Assembly (NCBI GenBank): GCA_048939465.1
Contig: JBHLPL010000009.1
Location: 308 to 32,307, forward strand
Direction of reading: 5' to 3'
DNA length: 32,000 nucleotides
Source: Promethearchaeota archaeon
GTDB lineage: Archaea > Asgardarchaeota > Odinarchaeia > Odinarchaeales > JBHLKK01
Numbering within the stretch: the stretch's first letter is position 1; each line of letters begins with the position of its first letter. Position numbers and translations under genes: made by a program. Below, in pieces: positions 27,648-32,000 of the stretch. The notes beneath the pieces were generated by a model. The model did no database searches, was not told the DNA's origin, and worked only from the letters and a program-made list of their open reading frames with translations.

Positions 27648-28646
27648 TTATGTCCTTTTCAAGATTTTGTTAAGAATTCGTGGTATATCAGAATATCTCT
27701 GAAGCTGATAATATCTGCCTCCTCCCAGCTTTGATAGTCTCTCACACATCTTTTTGCCGATTGACTCCTTTGTAGGCAGCCCAATAACGTGTAAAACCGG
27801 AAAAGCTGCTGCGAAATTCTCTGGGGGTTCTCCAAAGTTGTGAAAACCGTCGGTTATAAGTATCCCCCATTTCCTTCTGTGCTTGATTTTTGACAACTCG
27901 CAGAGACCTTTTTCCAATGCATCGGAAATGTTGGTGTAACCTGCCACTTCGGAATCCAGTATTGAATCTATAAGACGTAGCGTGGGCACTTTCCTATCGA
28001 TAGGTTTCAGCACTGTGCCACGAGTGTTGAAAAGAATGACTCCGTAGTCGTCATTTCGCATATGATAAGCCGTAACTGCTGTCACCAACGCCGCATTTAT
28101 TATTCTCCTATCGGACATGCTACCACTTGTATCCAGCATCAATACGCCTGTTTTCCTGGATTCTTTGCGTTCCAATCCAACGATATCGTCATAAGTAAGA
28201 TATCTCTTTTCTAAATAATTCTCTAGTGTTTCTTCCATATCAAAATCTGCCATCCACGGCGTGTACCTGATTCTCTTTATCATTTCTCCTCTAATGCCTC
28301 TCCCACTCACCCTAAGAGATGCTTTTAGAATCGATACTCTGGCTAATCGTCTAAAAACGCCCCTGTATCTTGATGAGAGTTTTCCCCTGACGAGAAAATA
28401 CAATTCTGGCACTCTTGCGGAGTTTTCACTAATCTTTTGGCGCGTCAATTGTATGCCCTCATTTGCGGAGATAGCATCTGCGACTGCTAGCGGATTTATG
28501 CCTGCCAAATTTACTAGGGCAGACAGATTCTCATATTTAATTGCCAGTTTGGACAGATGAACGAGTGAAGCATAGTCTAGTTTTTGCGCCAGCCTTTTGT
28601 AGATTTTAGGCGATTTCCCCTTGATTCTAATCTCTGCCTCAAGCAA
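27648..28646 (-). CDS. VWA-domain protein (MoxR partner); frame stays open ~27 codons further 5'
   Basis: MIDAS LDTSGSM, GYTNISDAL, LITDG. Confidence 0.88.
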   Translation of the reverse strand: MLEAEIRIKGKSPKIYKRLAQKLDYASLVHLSKLAIKYENLSALVNLAGINPLAVADAISANEGIQLTRQKISENSARVPELYFLVRGKLSSRYRGVFRRLARVSILKASLRVSGRGIRGEMIKRIRYTPWMADFDMEETLENYLEKRYLTYDDIVGLERKESRKTGVLMLDTSGSMSDRRIINAALVTAVTAYHMRNDDYGVILFNTRGTVLKPIDRKVPTLRLIDSILDSEVAGYTNISDALEKGLCELSKIKHRRKWGILITDGFHNFGEPPENFAAAFPVLHVIGLPTKESIGKKMCERLSKLGGGRYYQLQRYSDIPRILNKILKRT

Positions 28647-28723
28647 TTTTTCATCGGAGATTTTGCCAGATAATACAACCGGTGCTTCCTCAATTGCGTC
28701 ATCGGAGGATTTTTCCCCCTCGA

Positions 28724-29581
28724 TTAAGGAAAATCTCGGAGCGATTGCATTACTATGTCGCGTATGACATCCTCAAGTGACCTTTCGGCGCTATCTTCCA
28801 GCTCTATCTTCATTGCTAAGGCAGAGGTCGCAGCTTCTATCCATGCCCCCTCGTCGTTGTTATCATAGTAGTTCATTATGCCTGCTATGTCTATGGCTGC
28901 TCGGACAGAGGCTCCTCGTCTAATATCGGGGTGTTTTCGTGTGGTTCTTGTGATCTTCACAGCTCTACGAATCAATTCTCGGTCGGAGTTATTAGACCGC
29001 AGTTCTGTAATCTTACATTCGTCCTCTTCAGATTGATAATTCAATTTTATCCAAACAAAGCGGTCTTTCAATGCTTCTCCAAGTGTAGTCACCCCTACGT
29101 GTTCTTCCGGGTTCTGAGTCGCGATTATATAAAAACCGGGCTTTGCATGCAGAACCCCGAGCTTAGGGATGGTTATTTTCCCCTCATCCATCGCAGGTAA
29201 TAAGACATTCTGTGTACCCTCTGGAAGTCGATTTAATTCATTCAGAAGTAAAACTCCCCCTTCCTTCATGGCCTTGGTTAAAGGTCCAGATAAGAAAGAC
29301 TCCCAGTTGTATCCATCTTTTATGACGAGGGGTGGGTCGAAAACTCCGACCATCTTATTCTCATTAAACCTCTCGTCCCCATCTACCCTGAAAAACCCCT
29401 GATCGAAATACCTGGCGATGGCCTCAGCCAAAACCGTTTTACCTACGCCCACCTCGCCTTCTAACAGAAGATGCTTTCCTGCCAATCTTGAGCTAATCGC
29501 CCGTCCAAGCTCGCTGCTTCGTCCGATGATATTAAATCTTTTTTGTATTTCTATTATGCTCTCTTCTATGTTCTTATTCAT
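28724..29581 (-). CDS. MoxR/CoxD-like AAA+ ATPase
   Basis: GEVGVGKT, RVDGD, GPLTKAM, LLNELNR, ATQNP, ALKDRF, GASVRAAID. Confidence 0.92.
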   Translation of the reverse strand: MNKNIEESIIEIQKRFNIIGRSSELGRAISSRLAGKHLLLEGEVGVGKTVLAEAIARYFDQGFFRVDGDERFNENKMVGVFDPPLVIKDGYNWESFLSGPLTKAMKEGGVLLLNELNRLPEGTQNVLLPAMDEGKITIPKLGVLHAKPGFYIIATQNPEEHVGVTTLGEALKDRFVWIKLNYQSEEDECKITELRSNNSDRELIRRAVKITRTTRKHPDIRRGASVRAAIDIAGIMNYYDNNDEGAWIEAATSALAMKIELEDSAERSLEDVIRDIVMQSLRDFP

Positions 29582-29612
29582 CTCGCTAGACCACCGATTA
29601 GGCTTTTCAAAT

Positions 29613-30950
29613 TCATCTCCCTCTCTTCCGCTTACTCGCTGTCGACAGTTCCCTCCGTGCCATCTCAATGTTGGTAGTTTCTTGCACTTCAGTCTTCAAA
29701 TTCTTTATTGTGATTTCTCCCCTCTCCATTTCTCGCTTGCCCACTATAATCGCATAATCGTAATTACTGCTTGAAGCAAAGGAAAGACTTTTCTTGAGGG
29801 TTCTATGCATCAGCTCCAATTCACACGGTATATTCCGTCTTCTTAGCTCCTGTGCAACTCTTGCTGCGTATGAATAGAGGTCTTCAGATGCCGCCACTAC
29901 GAGTATCCTATTCATCCTCCAGAGGTCGGTAAATAGCTCTTCTTTTTCCATTGCCAGAGCTATTCTATCTAACCCAGGAGAGAAACCTACCGCCGGAGTC
30001 GGGGTTCCTCCAAAAAGTTCTACAAGCTTATCGTACCTACCCCCACCCCCAATTGCTATCGGTAGTTTCCTGTTAAATATCTCAAAGATCATTCCAGTAT
30101 AGTATTCGAGTCCCCTGGCTAGACTGAGATCCAATTGTATTCTCTCTGTTATTCCCTGTGCCTTCGCTATTTCAACTATCTGATCCAGATTCCTCATAGC
30201 TCCTTTCGCTTTGGAATAACCTTCGACAATTCTGCGGGCATCCTCAACCCCTTTTTCAAGATCTTCGACTTTAATTTCCAGCAAGCGCCTTATTGCTTCC
30301 AGGCATTTTTCTGATGCACCACGGTTGCTCAATAACCGGAACACTTCTGTCGTTTTGCCTGAATCAATCATTCCCAGTATTTCGTCCTGATACCCTTCTT
30401 CAACACCTTCTTGTTCTAGGATACTGCGAATAATACCGACATGTCCTAATCGCAGTTCAAACTGTCCAAAACCAAGTGATGTCATCATATCATAAGCTAT
30501 GGCTAATATCTCGGCATCGGCTTCTGGATTTGGTGAACCAAAGATCTCGAAACCTCCCTGCCAGAATTCTCGATAACGACCCATCTGAGGTTCATCGTAT
30601 CTGAAGCACTGTCCTATGTAGCCCAGCTTAACCGGCTTTGGCACCGCTTTCATTAAAGAATCGATAAACAACCTCGTAACAGAAGGAGTCATCTCCGGTC
30701 TCAGTGCGACGGTTCTTCCACCCTTGTCCTCAAAAACGTACATTCTTTTTCTAATATCCTCTCCAGCTTTCATTGCTAATAATTCAAAATTCTCCACTAT
30801 TGGCATCGAGACTTCACCGTAACCGTATTTTTCGAAGAGGTCTCTAACAACATCAATTACACGATCTAGCTTTGCTTTGTCTTCCGGCAAGAAGTCTCTC
30901 ATTCCACGAACAGTCTTTATTATCTTGGGCAAGGGATTTCGCCTGCTCAT
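29613..30950 (-). CDS. hisS: Histidine--tRNA ligase (start uncertain, 30932-30962)
   Basis: VRGMRDFLP, LRPEMT, FRYDEPQMGRYREFWQ, RGLEYYTG, GGGRYD.L. Confidence 0.96.
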   Translation of the reverse strand: MSRRNPLPKIIKTVRGMRDFLPEDKAKLDRVIDVVRDLFEKYGYGEVSMPIVENFELLAMKAGEDIRKRMYVFEDKGGRTVALRPEMTPSVTRLFIDSLMKAVPKPVKLGYIGQCFRYDEPQMGRYREFWQGGFEIFGSPNPEADAEILAIAYDMMTSLGFGQFELRLGHVGIIRSILEQEGVEEGYQDEILGMIDSGKTTEVFRLLSNRGASEKCLEAIRRLLEIKVEDLEKGVEDARRIVEGYSKAKGAMRNLDQIVEIAKAQGITERIQLDLSLARGLEYYTGMIFEIFNRKLPIAIGGGGRYDKLVELFGGTPTPAVGFSPGLDRIALAMEKEELFTDLWRMNRILVVAASEDLYSYAARVAQELRRRNIPCELELMHRTLKKSLSFASSSNYDYAIIVGKREMERGEITIKNLKTEVQETTNIEMARRELSTASKRKRGR

Positions 30951-31041
30951 TCGTTGTGACAAATCTAACCAACAGCTGGTTTTTTAACTTATAGATTCAT
31001 CACGATTATTTCTAAGACCCTTTGCGTCCCTTTATCCAACG

Positions 31042-31617
31042 CTAAAGGTTGACTTGCGCTGCAAAATAATATGTCGTTTCTCCTTGTCTATCTACAACAC
31101 CGAGAACGAGCCTTTTCCTAGAACTTGTTGCCGCTTTTATTATCTTCTCCAGGCTTGACAATTCTAAAGGTACTCCTTCAACCACAACATGTATGAGGTA
31201 TTTCGCCACGTCTTCATTCAAAACCGCTCCTCTTTCATAAACCCGAAAATCAACTCCGCTCCCATACCCAAGACGTACTATGTATCCTCTGCTTCGCAGA
31301 TCCCGATACACAAGATATTTCGTCCATATCCTTGGGTCCACTTCTAATGTGCTTTTTAGGATACCCTGGAAGTCAAGCTCCTGTTTATTCTCATCAAAAA
31401 CTCTAAGCCTTCTCCGTTCCATAAGCAGTAGAGCCTCTACTATTTCAAGATTCAGCTTGTCCTCCTCCAGGATGCTTCCATAATAGCCAGCCTCATAAGT
31501 TGATGTTGCCTTTTCACCACTCACAATTACGCTATTGTCAACTAATACGCCTTCAACGATCTCTTCCTCTTCCAACTTTTTCCCCGCCTGAAGGTCTTGT
31601 TTCATCTTTGGAACCAC
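31042..31617 (-). CDS. endA: tRNA-splicing endonuclease subunit (probably structural beta-type)
   Basis: GYYG...L..VEALLL, YLVYRDLRSRGY, G.DFRVY, RKRLVLGVVD...TYY. The catalytic His expected before YL is absent (EDVAKYL). Confidence 0.85.
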   Translation of the reverse strand: MVPKMKQDLQAGKKLEEEEIVEGVLVDNSVIVSGEKATSTYEAGYYGSILEEDKLNLEIVEALLLMERRRLRVFDENKQELDFQGILKSTLEVDPRIWTKYLVYRDLRSRGYIVRLGYGSGVDFRVYERGAVLNEDVAKYLIHVVVEGVPLELSSLEKIIKAATSSRKRLVLGVVDRQGETTYYFAAQVNL

Positions 31618-31689
31618 AAAGTTTATTCGCTTTTCACGGTTTCTGTAGAGATACCGTATTCTTTATTCTTTCGGTAGGGGTCATGATTC

Positions 31690-32000
31690 ATGTTGGTGGA
31701 AGAACTCACCGTAGGACTCTCGGGTGCAAAACGAATCGTCATTTTGGGCGTTGGAAGCGAATTAAGACGTGATGATGGCGTAGGTCTGGAAATCATAAGA
31801 CGACTAAAGAACAATGTTCCTGATTCTGTTAAGCTAATTGAGTGTGGTACCGTGCCAGAAAGCTTCGTTGATCCCGTAAGCAAGTGGAGACCTACCCACA
31901 TCCTAATCATAGATTCAGCGGAAATGGGAAAGCCTCCAGGGACTGCTGAATTGATAAAAGCCGAAAATATCGGCGGCATAACTTTTTCCACTCACCATAT
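31690..32000 (+). CDS. hycI: Hydrogenase maturation protease (HycI-like), 3'-truncated; not in the ORF track
   Basis: MLVEEL...ILGVGSELRRDDGVG...CGTVPES...LIIDSAEMG..PG...FSTH. Confidence 0.9.
   Translation, partial: MLVEELTVGLSGAKRIVILGVGSELRRDDGVGLEIIRRLKNNVPDSVKLIECGTVPESFVDPVSKWRPTHILIIDSAEMGKPPGTAELIKAENIGGITFSTHH

Noticed and set aside
114-31772. Numerous short ORFs in the track overlapping recognised genes (e.g. 565..882, 2066..2542, 7617..8147, 10304..10858, 27150..27644)
   Set aside because: Antisense or alternate-frame shadows with no motifs or RBS support.
31623-31991. 122-aa minus-strand ORF in the track
   Set aside because: It is antisense to the clear hycI-like gene on the plus strand.

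Overview
Archaeal chromosomal window. PolD small subunit, Cdc6/Orc1, Alba and a split-type tRNA-splicing endonuclease subunit suggest a TACK/Bathyarchaeia-like or Asgard-like genome; the lineage cannot be fixed from this window. Most genes are housekeeping: Hef helicase-nuclease, porG/D/A/B, alba, aminopeptidase, arsR-acr3, DP1, cdc6, PUA/PAPS-reductase-like, HD hydrolase, ubiX-ubiD-acnX mevalonate operon, MoxR-VWA, hisS, endA and hycI. Main observations: (1) two protein-coding genes (UPF0147 and adenosine-specific kinase family) are interrupted by short bulge-helix-bulge (BHB) introns whose removal restores conserved motifs, near a two-intron tRNA-Ser; (2) three diverged copies of a ~300-nt structured element precede porG, porA and porB; (3) a likely oriC (inverted ORBs around AT-rich DNA) abuts a small Cas2-like-fold gene bracketed by two identical 25-bp palindromes; (4) an ExeA-like ATPase plus RHH gene pair carries paired GTAWTAC-type boxes; (5) a candidate -1 frameshift could fuse MoxR to VWA. 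All family assignments come from motif recognition by eye, not database searches.
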